This document shows, piece after piece, positions 1-9,950 of a DNA stretch of 64,000 nt. The position numbers and the translations under genes are program-made. The stretch's first letter is position 1. Each line of letters starts with the position of its first letter. The stretch comes from Truepera sp. GTDB taxonomy: Bacteria > Deinococcota > Deinococci > Deinococcales > Trueperaceae. The notes under the pieces were generated by a model. It was not told where the DNA came from and did not search any database. It saw only the letters and a program-made list of their open reading frames with translations. The stretch is taken from positions 1,984,001 to 2,048,000 of the forward strand of contig CBDCKW010000009.1 in the NCBI GenBank assembly GCA_965218435.1. Reading direction: 5' to 3'.

Positions 1-645
1 GTCGTTTAGAAGCTCATCTGCCGTAAGGTCTTGACCGACCGTAACGCCGGTTTTGACCTCTACACCGAGCGCCTCGATCAGCGCCACTTCTTCTAGGGCC
101 ACCCGGATAGGCTCACGCATCACCACGATGCCGTAGGTAGACAAGCCGCCGGGGAGCAGGTTTTTCTCGAATACGGTAACCGCGTAACCGAGCTTGGCGA
201 GTTCGCCCGCACACGAGAGTCCTGCCGGGCCTGTCCCGACGACTGCAACACGCAGACCGTTCGGCGGCGCAGGGGTAAACGGTAGCTTTTGTTTGCCGTA
301 AAGATGATCCACTGCGTAACGTTGCAGCCGCCCGATTTCGATAGGTTTATGGTCACCGCCGAGCACGCACGCTCCCTCGCACAGCTCTTCAACCGGACAG
401 ACGCGGGCGCAGGTTGCGGCCATCAAGTTCGCTTCTAAAATGGTGACAGCCGCGCCGGTCACGTTACCGGTTGAGATTTTGCGGATAAAGGTCGGCACAT
501 CAATGTTGGTTGGACAAGCCTGAATGCAGGGCGCGTCGAAACAGTACAAACAGCGGTTCGCTTCTACCCGCGCCTCACGCGCACTCAGCGGGGGCTCGAG
601 TTCGCTAAAACGTTCCGCTAACGACGCTAGACTAAACTCTGTCAC
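1..645 (-). CDS. NAD(P)-dependent Fe-S oxidoreductase, dihydropyrimidine dehydrogenase subunit A / GltD-like (runs off window edge)
   Basis: Manual translation from GTG at 645: EANRCLYCFDAPCIQACPTNIDVPTFIRKI...GATCARVCPVEELCEGAC...VAVVGTGPAGLSCA. These are Fe-S Cys clusters and a Rossmann motif. Not in the ORF track because the stop lies outside the window. Confidence 0.85.
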   Translation of the reverse strand, partial: MTEFSLASLAERFSELEPPLSAREARVEANRCLYCFDAPCIQACPTNIDVPTFIRKISTGNVTGAAVTILEANLMAATCARVCPVEELCEGACVLGGDHKPIEIGRLQRYAVDHLYGKQKLPFTPAPPNGLRVAVVGTGPAGLSCAGELAKLGYAVTVFEKNLLPGGLSTYGIVVMREPIRVALEEVALIEALGVEVKTGVTVGQDLTADELLND

Positions 646-1040
646 CGGGTCCACCCCTTAAAAGCGTCCACACCAAACCTAGTCATGTCGGGCTCCTCCG
701 CGCGGCTCAGCTTCGGGGCTGAGACCTGATATTAAGTACCCAACTATACACACACGGCGAAGGTTTGCCCCAAAGCCAGAGGCTGTACCTCGGCCCACTT
801 TGCCAACCCACGAAAATGTTCGGGGAAAGCTACATGGCAGGACTTACAGCGTAGCTCCGGTCTAAGCCCAGCATGGTCAACTAAGTTTGTTAGTTTCTGT
901 TGCCGCTATCATCTTTTCAAGTCCGCGAGAGGCTCTATTTTCTTCGAGCTGCCAACTTCTTTATGCCAGATGCATTTCCTACAGGGCATGACGCCAACGT
1001 TCCCAATCAAGGCAGGGCACCAGAACCCAGTCAATAGCCC

Positions 1041-2114
1041 CTAGTAAAAAGGCGGTTTGACAACCACAGCCGGGAGCGGTTGTCCGCGAATCTCAACTGC
1101 GATCTCCGTCCCGGGGTCGCTGTAAGCTTTGCGCACCCAAGCCATCGCAATCCCTTCACGGGTCAGGGGCGAAATCGCACCCGAGGTGATTTCACCGATC
1201 TTTTCACCGGGTTCGTCTTCGCGCTCACCGGGAGCAAGCACGCGGTAACCCTGCCGCGCGACGCCACGTTGCAAGAGTTTGAGGCCGACGAGCTGCCGCG
1301 TACAGGTGCGCGCCCAGATGGCTTCACGCCCGTAAAAGTCTTTGTCTTTGACCACCCAAGCCATGTTGCTGCAGCGGGGATTGGTTGATTCGGAAAACTC
1401 GTGACCGAAAAGTGGAAAGCCAGCCTCGAGCCTCAGCGTGTCACGCGCCCCTAAGCCGCACGGCACCGCGCCCGCCCCAGTGAGCGCCTGCCACACCGCC
1501 GGGGTGTCTTGGGCATGGCTAAAGATTTCAAACCCGTCCTCACCGGTGTAGCCGGTCCGGGCAAAGGTCACCTCGCACCCGGCCAGTGTTCCGGTCAGCG
1601 TGCGGTTTTTTTTAAGTCCGCCCACGTCGGCGTCGGTCAGGCGGCCCAACATGAGCGCCGCGCCGGGGCCTTGCAGCGCGAGCAGCCCGAAGGTATCGGA
1701 CACGTCGGTGACGTCGGCGTCGTAACTGTGAGCCAGCTTGGTGAGGTGCGTGATCGCCGCCTCACGGTTCGAGGCGTTACAGACGACCAGATAGTCTTCG
1801 GGAGCCGTGCAGTAGACGTAGAGGTCGTCAATCAGGCCGCCCTTGTCGTTAGGGAGCATCGAATACTGGCCACGCCCCGGTTTGAGCGTCGCCGGATCGT
1901 TCAGCGTCGCAAACCGCAAAAAAGTAAGCGCCCCCGGCCCCGTTACCTGAACTTCACCCATATGGCTCACATCAAACACGCCCGCACTCTCGCGGACGGC
2001 CAGATGTTCTTGGTTGATCCCCGTAGGGTACTGAATCGGCATCTCCCAGCCCGCAAAATCCACCATACGGGCTCCGGCCTCTACGTGCAGGTCATACAGC
2101 GGTGTACGCTTCAT
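1041..2114 (-). CDS. gcvT: glycine cleavage system aminomethyltransferase T
   Basis: KRTPLYDLH, DFAGWEMPIQY, FDVSHMG, RTGYTGEDGFEI and GLGARDTLRLEAG motifs. Confidence 0.97.
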   Translation of the reverse strand: MKRTPLYDLHVEAGARMVDFAGWEMPIQYPTGINQEHLAVRESAGVFDVSHMGEVQVTGPGALTFLRFATLNDPATLKPGRGQYSMLPNDKGGLIDDLYVYCTAPEDYLVVCNASNREAAITHLTKLAHSYDADVTDVSDTFGLLALQGPGAALMLGRLTDADVGGLKKNRTLTGTLAGCEVTFARTGYTGEDGFEIFSHAQDTPAVWQALTGAGAVPCGLGARDTLRLEAGFPLFGHEFSESTNPRCSNMAWVVKDKDFYGREAIWARTCTRQLVGLKLLQRGVARQGYRVLAPGEREDEPGEKIGEITSGAISPLTREGIAMAWVRKAYSDPGTEIAVEIRGQPLPAVVVKPPFY

Positions 2115-2233
2115 ACTTCACCATTCATACTTTAGAGTACACTACGGTGCAGATAACGAGTTGTTGTTAAGTCTTTACTCAACCAGGCAGCACAGCACAG
2201 CCTCAGACAAAGCCGAACCGGTTAGCTTTGCCG

Positions 2234-2824
2234 TTATTTAGTCTGCGCAAGCTTGGCCAAAACCTGTTTCGACACCGCCCGGAGCGGTTCCAGTACACCT
2301 TCAAAGTCTCGAGCAGAGCCCTCAAAGGTCTCGAGCTTCCCACCCGGATCAATGACGCTGCGGAGCATGTCGGCGGGTAGCGCATCCGGTAGGTCGCGTT
2401 TGTTAAGCTGCAAGACCAGCGGCACGTCTTGAACCGACAAGTTGTACTCGGTCAAGTTTTCGCGGAGGTTACGCATCGCTTCGGCGTTGGCCCGGAGGCG
2501 GTTGGGCGCAGAGTCGGCGACGAACACGATGCCGTCTACCCCACGTAAGATGAGTTTACGGGCAGCGTTGTAAAAGACCTGTCCGGGCACGGTGTAGAGG
2601 TGAAAGCGGGTCTTAAAACCGTTGACGCTGCCGAGCTCGAGCGGCATAAAGTCAAAAAAGAGCGTCCGCTCCTCTTCTGTTGCGAGACTTACAAGCTCAC
2701 CCCGGCGCTCAGCGGCGATATTGGCGTGAATCAGCTTGAGGTTGGTGGTTTTACCCGACATGCCGGGGCCGTAGTAGACGAGCTTAAAGCTGATTTCGCG
2801 GGCCGCAAAGTTAACCGTGCTCAC
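2234..2824 (-). CDS. mglA: MglA-family small Ras-like GTPase
   Basis: [32 protein letters not shown] and NKRD motifs. Confidence 0.93.
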   Translation of the reverse strand: MSTVNFAAREISFKLVYYGPGMSGKTTNLKLIHANIAAERRGELVSLATEEERTLFFDFMPLELGSVNGFKTRFHLYTVPGQVFYNAARKLILRGVDGIVFVADSAPNRLRANAEAMRNLRENLTEYNLSVQDVPLVLQLNKRDLPDALPADMLRSVIDPGGKLETFEGSARDFEGVLEPLRAVSKQVLAKLAQTK

Positions 2825-2991
2825 GCGGAGTACCCAGATAACCTAGCTAAACGACCTGGAGCAAGCGCGGATAGGGTGGACCTTATCATCCTCTGACTAT
2901 ACGAAGCGCAGAGGCGTACGGACGTGTAAATCACCATTTGTGAGGTCAGTTTAGCCGTCTGCACACCGTTTTATCTGGTATACGAGCTCAT

Positions 2992-3927
2992 TTAAGTAGA
3001 CCTCAGCGCAGCGATGGCGTCCGCGCGGTTCGGGTACGAACTCTGTGCGCCGGGTTTTTCTACCGTCAGCGCGGCGAGGCGGCAGGCCCGAGTCACCGCT
3101 TTCGAGAGCATCACTTCGGGTTGGCACGCCAAAAAGTAGGCGAACGAGCCGACAAGCGCGTCGCCCGCGCCGGTCGTGTCTACCACCTTCACCGGGTCTA
3201 CCGGAATATGCCGCGGCTCAGTATCGGCCACTGCAAGCAGTGCGCCGCGCCTACCGAGGGTCAGCACGACGATGTCAGGGCCAAGCTTTAGCAACGCTGC
3301 CGCAGCTTCTTTTGCGTCGTCCAGCGTTTTGACGGGCCGCCCTAAAAGCGTCCCGGCTTCGACCTCGTTGGGAATCAAAATATCGGTTAAAGAGAGCAGT
3401 TCAGGGGGCAACTCGGCGGCTGGAGCCGGGTTGAGGATCGTCCGGGTCGCCCCCTCTTTAGCGAGGCGAAACGCTGCCAAGGTTGCGTCTACAGGCGTCT
3501 CGAGCTGAGCGATCAGTACCGCTGCTCCGCGCACGGCCGCTTCTGCCTTCTCGACATCTTCAGGTGAAAGCGTACTGTTGGCCCCCGGTGCCAGCGAGAT
3601 GACGTTTTCACCGGACTCGGCGACCGTAATGAGCGCCACCCCCGAAGCACCTTCTACCCAGCCGACAAACGCCGTGTTTATCCCTTCGTTCTGGTAGTTT
3701 TGCAGCGTCTTGTCGCCGTAACCGTCTTGTCCGAGTTTAACAATGACGCTGACCTTGGCCCCGAGCCTCGAGGCCATCACTGCCTGATTCGAGCCTTTAC
3801 CGCCGAAACCTTCCGAAAAGCTCGAGCCCAGCACCGTCTCCCCCGGCTCCGGCAACCTCGGCACACGCACCGTGAGGTCGGTCATGGCGCTGCCAACCAT
3901 GCAAATATCTGTTCGAATCTTTGTCAT
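2992..3927 (-). CDS. rbsK: ribokinase (PfkB family)
   Basis: GGKGSNQA, NPAPA, PNEVEA and DTTGAGD motifs. Confidence 0.88.
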   Translation of the reverse strand: MTKIRTDICMVGSAMTDLTVRVPRLPEPGETVLGSSFSEGFGGKGSNQAVMASRLGAKVSVIVKLGQDGYGDKTLQNYQNEGINTAFVGWVEGASGVALITVAESGENVISLAPGANSTLSPEDVEKAEAAVRGAAVLIAQLETPVDATLAAFRLAKEGATRTILNPAPAAELPPELLSLTDILIPNEVEAGTLLGRPVKTLDDAKEAAAALLKLGPDIVVLTLGRRGALLAVADTEPRHIPVDPVKVVDTTGAGDALVGSFAYFLACQPEVMLSKAVTRACRLAALTVEKPGAQSSYPNRADAIAALRST

Positions 3928-4063
3928 CTCTACAGGCTACTCCAGACCCGCGAGCCCATTCACTTTGCGACCCAGCCCGAACAGCTTTACCCGTCAGTGC
4001 GGCATAAACTGACAACGTGACCTATCAGCGTAAAACTTTAAGACCATCTCAGCGGATGACCTA

Positions 4064-4639
4064 GTGGCCGTGCCCTTTATCTCCCTCGGCAAACTGAGTC
4101 CCATCAAGTTAGAGAAGTTCGTAGCAGTACAGTGTACCCAAACCGTGACCTACGACGGCCCGGTCGTGCCGACGCCCGGATTTAGGTTTACGCGAACACT
4201 CGCGGCTCTCGGAGACGGCTCCGAAGTGTTTGAAAGAGCCGTAGCGGGTTTAGAAGCTTGGGCCGTTTACCCGGCGTGGCTGACCCTCTGCCCAGCGCAA
4301 CCGCCTCTAAAAGCAGGAACAAACGTCGTACTCATTACGGGGTTAGGATCGCTAAAGACAGTGAGCACGGTGCGTGTCGTAAGCACCGAAAGAGACAACG
4401 CGCACGCTGCCTTTACGCTCGGGACGCTCCCGCAACACGCCGTTTCAGGCGGTGAACGGTTTTGCGTCTACCAAGATGAGCAAGGGCGCGTTTGGTTTGA
4501 GCTCACCGCTGTATCCCAACCACGGCAAGCCCTAGTCAAACTCGGTACGCCGGTGTTGCGACTGGTGCAGACGCAATTTGCTAGAGACTCAGTGCGGTCA
4601 CTGCGGCGGTTTATCGCCTCAGGTCAACCAAACCGGTAA
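4064..4639 (+). CDS. DUF1990 family protein
   Basis: LGDGSEVFERAVAGLEAW and FTLGTLPQHAVSGGERF motifs typical of DUF1990. Confidence 0.75.
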   Translation: MAVPFISLGKLSPIKLEKFVAVQCTQTVTYDGPVVPTPGFRFTRTLAALGDGSEVFERAVAGLEAWAVYPAWLTLCPAQPPLKAGTNVVLITGLGSLKTVSTVRVVSTERDNAHAAFTLGTLPQHAVSGGERFCVYQDEQGRVWFELTAVSQPRQALVKLGTPVLRLVQTQFARDSVRSLRRFIASGQPNR

Positions 4640-4643
4640 CACG

Positions 4644-5636
4644 CTAGTTCGCGTAGGCTTTTTTACCGGACGTTTTTGCACGCCCAGCAGCCCCACCGAA
4701 CTTCTCGGCCATCCGCTCCAACAAATCACTACGCTGAGCCTCACTGAGCTGTTCTAACGTCGCAACTTTGTGGTAACTCCGCGCGGCGAGCAGCAGCTTG
4801 GCACGGTCGAGGCCGTAAGTTTCGGCCTGACGCACTACGTCGTCCAAAGTTGGGCCGGTTTCTACCGGTGTTTCGTCCAGTTTCAAAAACTCAGGGATGT
4901 CGTCGGCAGCAGGCTTGGGTACGTCGTCCATCTGCTCGAGCAGCGCCCCGAAAGTCGGTTCTTCGATCTCCAAACCGATCGGAAAGTGGTCGCTGTTGCT
5001 CTTCACCACCGTCCCGATACGTTTCGTTTCAAAGCCGTCGGCGCGGAGAGAGAGCTCGAGCATCACGTCAATAAAGTACTCCAAACCGCCACGGGTAATC
5101 GGCACCACCTGGCCCAACTCGTTTTCTTCAACCTGCTCTTTACCCTTCGCGGCGATGTGGTCGGTAATCACTACGCACGCGCCCGAATCCATACAGAGCC
5201 GCCGTAAAACCTCTTGGTAGAGCACCTGGTCATCTTGCAACTGGTCGGCTGTGGGCTGCGCGGTGGGGTCACCCGTTCTCCCCCGCACCGCCCGGAGCGT
5301 TTCGCGGTGTTTACGGGCAAAGTAAAGGCTCCACGAGTCGAGCGCGTAAGCGCCGTAATTCTCCCCTTTTCCTTCACCGTCTAAAGCCCAGTCAATAAAC
5401 TCCGGCAGTTCGTCCGGGTGATGCACCTCTACGGCGTCAAACTTGGGCGCGTCGCCGGTCGCGCCCGGTAACAGCCGCGATTTACGTTCCACGTCAAAAA
5501 ATAGCAGCCGCCCGACGCCCGCGTCGGCGAGCGAGGCCGCGAAGTAGCTTTTACCTGTCCCGGCTGCGCCACGTACTGCAATCACCAGACGCTTCTTAGC
5601 CGGACGCCGACTTAAAGGGTTGACTTTAGAGTTCAT
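4644..5636 (-). CDS. AAA_24 / Sak4-like P-loop ATPase
   Basis: Walker A GAAGTGKS, FFDVE, Walker B ALDSWS, and a short helical C-terminal tail. Confidence 0.7.
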   Translation of the reverse strand: MNSKVNPLSRRPAKKRLVIAVRGAAGTGKSYFAASLADAGVGRLLFFDVERKSRLLPGATGDAPKFDAVEVHHPDELPEFIDWALDGEGKGENYGAYALDSWSLYFARKHRETLRAVRGRTGDPTAQPTADQLQDDQVLYQEVLRRLCMDSGACVVITDHIAAKGKEQVEENELGQVVPITRGGLEYFIDVMLELSLRADGFETKRIGTVVKSNSDHFPIGLEIEEPTFGALLEQMDDVPKPAADDIPEFLKLDETPVETGPTLDDVVRQAETYGLDRAKLLLAARSYHKVATLEQLSEAQRSDLLERMAEKFGGAAGRAKTSGKKAYAN

Positions 5637-5809
5637 GACGTTATCGTAGCTTAATATTTAAGGTAGTACGTTACGCCGGTGACAAAAAGGGGTTGTTCTA
5701 AGCAAATTGCTCTATTGCGCCGTTAAAAGTTGACACTCGCTGTTGTCTAATGACATTTCTAGAGCAAAAACCGTCAAGCTATAAGTAGTCGGGCGTGATG
5801 CCTTCTCGA

Positions 5810-6268
5810 TCAAACCGTATCCGTCGTCAGCTCGAGCGAATAGCAACGCAGCTTAAAGCCGATGTTTTGCCAGAACTGCATGGCAGATTGATTGTGCGGC
5901 GCAACATTGAGTTCGATACTGCCGACTCCCTGCCGCTGCACTTCTGTAACGACACAGTTTGCCAACGCTTTGCCGAAGCCGCGGCGACGTTGTGACTGGA
6001 CGATGTAGAAATCGTGGACAAAGGCGTATTGGTCGCTCGAGCCGGGAAAGAACGGCGTCATTTTGAAATCTACAAAACCGATAGTTTCGGCCCCGACCTC
6101 TACAAGCCACAAGCAGCGTTCCTCAGCCAAAGCTTGAGAAAAGACGTTTTCCAACCATCCCTCGGGTGGATGAGGATTGTCCGGCTGACCTTCTGCTAAG
6201 TAAGCGGCGTACAGCTGTTCAAAGATGGAACGGTCATCTTTTGTAACGGAGCGTGTTTCAATTTCCAT
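5810..6268 (-). CDS. GNAT N-acetyltransferase
   Basis: QRRRGFGKAL acetyl-CoA motif and NQSAMQFWQNIGF. ATG at 6268 preferred because TACTGT lies 5 nt upstream. Confidence 0.85.
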   Translation of the reverse strand: MEIETRSVTKDDRSIFEQLYAAYLAEGQPDNPHPPEGWLENVFSQALAEERCLWLVEVGAETIGFVDFKMTPFFPGSSDQYAFVHDFYIVQSQRRRGFGKALANCVVTEVQRQGVGSIELNVAPHNQSAMQFWQNIGFKLRCYSLELTTDTV

Positions 6269-6301
6269 GTTTAACAGTATGACGTGCACAGCTAAGCTAG
6301 A

Positions 6302-6330
6302 TTGACTTTACCGCCCCAACCGTCTACCAT
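6302..6330 (+). promoter_or_regulatory. sigma70-type promoter of the leuS leader
   Basis: TTGACT (6302-6307), 17 nt, TACCAT (6325-6330). Confidence 0.75.
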
Positions 6331-6336
6331 ACAGCT

Positions 6337-6387
6337 GTGTTGCTGCGCGTGTCTAAGCTACTCCTACCAGGTGGGCCGAGGCCGTAA
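6337..6387 (+). CDS. putative leuS leader peptide (MLLRVSKLLLPGGPRP)
   Basis: GTG 6 nt after the -10 box; 5 Leu codons in 16 aa, including a CTA-CTC-CTA run; followed by a terminator. Confidence 0.65.
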   Translation: MLLRVSKLLLPGGPRP

Positions 6388-6409
6388 GCGTACCCGCACG
6401 CTCCCCTCT

Positions 6410-6439
6410 ACCCTAGCCTTTGGTTAGGGTTTTTCTTTT
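6410..6439 (+). terminator. attenuator terminator upstream of leuS
   Basis: ACCCTAGCC-TTT-GGTTAGGGT stem followed by TTTTCTTTT, about 30 nt before the leuS ATG. Confidence 0.75.
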
Positions 6440-6470
6440 GCACACTCTTCTCAACTATAGTGGAGACATC

Positions 6471-8984
6471 ATGACGACCGAACCTGCCACACCCACGCCC
6501 TACCGCTCCGAGCGTTACAACCCGCAAGAGATCGAACCCAAATGGCAACAACGCTGGGCCGACGCTAAAATGTACGAGACCGACTTGGAGAGTGGCCGTG
6601 AGCCCTTTTACTACCTGACCATGTACCCGTACCCGTCGGGTGACCTGCACATTGGCCACTGGTACGCCTTCGCCCTGCCTGACGCTTACGCGCGGTTTCA
6701 GCGGATGCACGGCCTGAACGTCCTCTTTCCAATGGGCTTTGACGCTTTCGGTTTGCCCGCTGAGAACGCTGCGGTTAAGGCCGCGAGAGAGGGCCGCAAC
6801 GTCCACCCGGCGACCCTGACGTATGAACGCATTGCCCGGATGGAAGCGCAGTTTAAGCAGATGGGCGCGTCGTTCGACTGGTCAAAAAAGGTCGTCACCT
6901 GCGACCCCGACTATTACCGCTGGAATCAACTGTTTTTCTTGAAACTGTTTGACCGCGAGCTGGCCTACCGCAAAGAGTCGTTCGTCAATTGGGACCCGGT
7001 AGACCAGACGGTACTGGCGAACGAGCAGGTCATCAATGGACGCGGCGACCGGTCGGGCGCACTGATTGAACGCCGGTTGATGCCGCAGTGGCACTTTAAG
7101 ATCACCGACTACGCCGACGAATTATTGGACTTTTCCAAACTCGACTGGCCCGAAAAGGTCAAGGTCATGCAGACCAACTGGATCGGCCGAAGTGAGGGCG
7201 CGGAGGTCACCTTTGAGAGTGAAGCAGGCGATTTCACCATCTTTACCACCCGGCCCGATACGCTCTGGGGCGTCACCTTTATGGTCTTGGCTCCAGAACA
7301 CCCGTTAGTAGAAAAACTGACGACGCCCGAACAGCAAGAAGAGATGACGAACTATGTCAAGGCTGCCTCGCACCTGAGCGAGATCGAACGGCAGTCCGAG
7401 GGTAAAGAGAAAACGGGCGTGTTTACGGGGTCATACGCGGTCAATCCGGTGAACGGCGCACAGGTGCCGATCTGGGTGGCCGACTACGTGATGATGGGGT
7501 ACGGCACCGGCGCGATTATGGCAGTGCCTTACGGCGACCAACGCGATTTTGAATTTGCCCGTGAGTTTGGCTTGGACATCATTCCAGTCATCAAACCGGA
7601 GGGTGACAGCAGCTACGACCCCGAAACGATGACCGAGGCGTACGCGGGTTCCGGCACGGTGATCAATAGCGGTCCGATTGACGGCACGGTTCATAACGGC
7701 GAAAAGGGCCGGAAGAGTCCGGCGATTGCTGCTGCGCTCGAGTATTTAGAAGCGAACGGCAGCGGCAAGAGCACCGTCACCTACCGCCTGCGCGACTGGC
7801 TCATCTCCCGTCAACGCTACTGGGGTACGCCGATTCCCGTCTTGTACTGCGACGCGTGCGGCTTAGTCCCTGAACGAGAAGAAAACTTGCCCATCGTCCT
7901 GCCCGAAGACGTCGCGTTTATGCCGACGGGTGAATCCCCCTTAAAACACAACGAAGCCTTTTTACACGCCACCTGCCCCAAATGCGGCGGCCCCGCCACC
8001 CGCGAAACCGACACGATGGACACCTTTGTAGATTCGTCGTGGTACTGGTTTCGCTACCTCTCCCCGCACCAAGACGACGCGCCAATAGATAAAGCTTTGG
8101 CCGCCAAGTGGACGCCCGTCGAGCAGTACACCGGCGGCGTCGAGCACGCGATTTTGCATCTGCTATACGCCCGCTTTTTTACCAAAGCTATCCGCGATTT
8201 AGGCTACATCGAAAACGACGAGCCGTTTCAGCGTCTGCGCAACCAGGGCATGATCTTGGGCGAAGACAACGAAAAGATGTCCAAATCGCGTGGCAACGTC
8301 ATCAATCCGGACGATTTGGTGAGCGAATACGGCGCGGATACGGTGCGTGCCTATCTGATGTTTATCGGGCCGTGGGAAGCGGGCGGGCCATGGAGCAGCA
8401 CCGGTATCGAGGGAATCGCCCGCTTTTTGAACCGCGTCTGGGCGCTACTGACCGAAGAGGCCAAAGGTGAGGGCACAGCAGACGAGGCCGCGCAAAAAGA
8501 GCTGCGCCGCGCCGTACACTACGCAACCAAAGAAGTGTCAGAAGATTTGGCGGGGTTGCAGTTCAATACCGCCATCGCTGAGTTGATGACCTTAACTAAC
8601 GCGATGGGTAAAGCCAAATCACCGGAGATGGTGGGGACGAGCGTGTGGCGAGAGGGCGTCCAAAAACTGCTCTTACTGCTGGCTCCCATTGCCCCCCACA
8701 TTGCCGATGAGCTGTGGGAACGGCGTGGGTTTACGGATTCGGTGCATCAGCAGCCGTGGCCGGAGTACGACCCTGCCGCCTTAGAACAAGACACCATCAC
8801 GGTTGCGGTGCAGGTGAGCGGCAAGCGGCGCGGTGAGGTGACAGTGCCTAAAGACGCGGATAAAGACACGGTGTTAGCAGCGGCAAAAGCTGAGCCTAAT
8901 GTGGCGCGGCACGTCGAGGGGAAAGAGATTGTCCGGGAGATTGTCGTTCCGGGGCGGCTCGTGAACATCGTCGTTAAAGGGTAG
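6471..8984 (+). CDS. leuS: leucine--tRNA ligase
   Basis: [13 protein letters not shown] (HIGH), KMSKS and the editing-domain GTG motif. ATG at 6471 with GGAG RBS. Confidence 0.98.
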   Translation: MTTEPATPTPYRSERYNPQEIEPKWQQRWADAKMYETDLESGREPFYYLTMYPYPSGDLHIGHWYAFALPDAYARFQRMHGLNVLFPMGFDAFGLPAENAAVKAAREGRNVHPATLTYERIARMEAQFKQMGASFDWSKKVVTCDPDYYRWNQLFFLKLFDRELAYRKESFVNWDPVDQTVLANEQVINGRGDRSGALIERRLMPQWHFKITDYADELLDFSKLDWPEKVKVMQTNWIGRSEGAEVTFESEAGDFTIFTTRPDTLWGVTFMVLAPEHPLVEKLTTPEQQEEMTNYVKAASHLSEIERQSEGKEKTGVFTGSYAVNPVNGAQVPIWVADYVMMGYGTGAIMAVPYGDQRDFEFAREFGLDIIPVIKPEGDSSYDPETMTEAYAGSGTVINSGPIDGTVHNGEKGRKSPAIAAALEYLEANGSGKSTVTYRLRDWLISRQRYWGTPIPVLYCDACGLVPEREENLPIVLPEDVAFMPTGESPLKHNEAFLHATCPKCGGPATRETDTMDTFVDSSWYWFRYLSPHQDDAPIDKALAAKWTPVEQYTGGVEHAILHLLYARFFTKAIRDLGYIENDEPFQRLRNQGMILGEDNEKMSKSRGNVINPDDLVSEYGADTVRAYLMFIGPWEAGGPWSSTGIEGIARFLNRVWALLTEEAKGEGTADEAAQKELRRAVHYATKEVSEDLAGLQFNTAIAELMTLTNAMGKAKSPEMVGTSVWREGVQKLLLLLAPIAPHIADELWERRGFTDSVHQQPWPEYDPAALEQDTITVAVQVSGKRRGEVTVPKDADKDTVLAAAKAEPNVARHVEGKEIVREIVVPGRLVNIVVKG

Positions 8985-9010
8985 AAATTTCTACTCTTTC
9001 AGAAAGATGT

Positions 9011-9907
9011 ATGAACTATCACCCTCGAGCCCTCATACCCAACCGCGACTTGGAAACCGTACAAGCCGTGATTCGGGCGGCTCGAGCCCCCGATCACCTG
9101 CACGACTACCCCAGCCCGGAAGACCTCTATGAGATCGTCGGCGTGCCGGACAACCGTGAAACCTTTCGGGTATGGGAAGATGCCCAGGCCCAAATGGTAG
9201 CTTATGCGTTCGTCAGCACCTTTGATAACTTTTACTTCGACATCGTTCCGGGGGTTGAGGCAGCGCCACTGATACGTGAACTCGTGTCGTGGGGTGAGAC
9301 GTGTTTAGAAAAACGCAAAGCTCAGACCGGCCAACCGCACACGCTTGACGCGAGTTGCTTAGAAGGTGACATCAAACGGCTCGAGCTTTTAGAAACGAAC
9401 GGCTTTGAGCGTGGTGACCTGCGAACGCTGAAGTTTGAACGGGCCTTGGAGATACCTGTTCGTCACAACCCATTTCCAAAAGGCTTTTCGCTCCGTCACA
9501 CAAGTGGTGAGGAAGAAGCTGAAGCTATCGTCACGCTCCACCGCGCCGCTTTTGGAACGGACTATCTGACCCTGGACGAGCGGCTGGCTATCATGCGTGC
9601 CCCGAATTATGATCCGGCACTCGACTTGCTGGCCGTAGCAGAAGACGGGACGCTTGCCGGTTACCTGACGTGCAGTTTAGAAGGAACAACCGGATTTACG
9701 GACCTGCTGGCGGTTCATCCTAAGTTTCAGCAGCGAGGTCTGGCTAAAGCACTGCTCAGCGCGGGTTTAGCAGCCCGCGCTGAGCGGGGTGCCAAGCGTG
9801 CCTCGTTAGGAACGAGTAGCCAGAATAGAGCGATGATCCGCGTCGCTGAAGATATGGGGTTTGGGATAACGAAAGTGAAGCTGTGGCTGAGTAAGGCTGC
9901 TTGGTAG
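9011..9907 (+). CDS. tandem-domain GNAT acetyltransferase
   Basis: C-terminal VHPKFQQRGLAKALL and NRAMIRVAEDMGF; degenerate N-terminal GNAT. Confidence 0.8.
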   Translation: MNYHPRALIPNRDLETVQAVIRAARAPDHLHDYPSPEDLYEIVGVPDNRETFRVWEDAQAQMVAYAFVSTFDNFYFDIVPGVEAAPLIRELVSWGETCLEKRKAQTGQPHTLDASCLEGDIKRLELLETNGFERGDLRTLKFERALEIPVRHNPFPKGFSLRHTSGEEEAEAIVTLHRAAFGTDYLTLDERLAIMRAPNYDPALDLLAVAEDGTLAGYLTCSLEGTTGFTDLLAVHPKFQQRGLAKALLSAGLAARAERGAKRASLGTSSQNRAMIRVAEDMGFGITKVKLWLSKAAW

Positions 9908-9950
9908 CTGATTTCAGGGCGACCTCGAGCCTCCTGACCTGAACTAAAGT

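Noticed and set aside
2115..2233. Glycine riboswitch upstream of gcvT
   Set aside because: No recognisable aptamer motifs, and the -10 box lies only ~20 nt from the start
4064..6289. Prophage remnant around the Sak4-like gene
   Set aside because: No integrase, structural or replication genes; neighbours are ordinary host genes
6331..6470. T-box riboswitch before leuS
   Set aside because: The leader is too short for stem I and lacks the GGTGGNACCGCG T-box core; a leader peptide fits better
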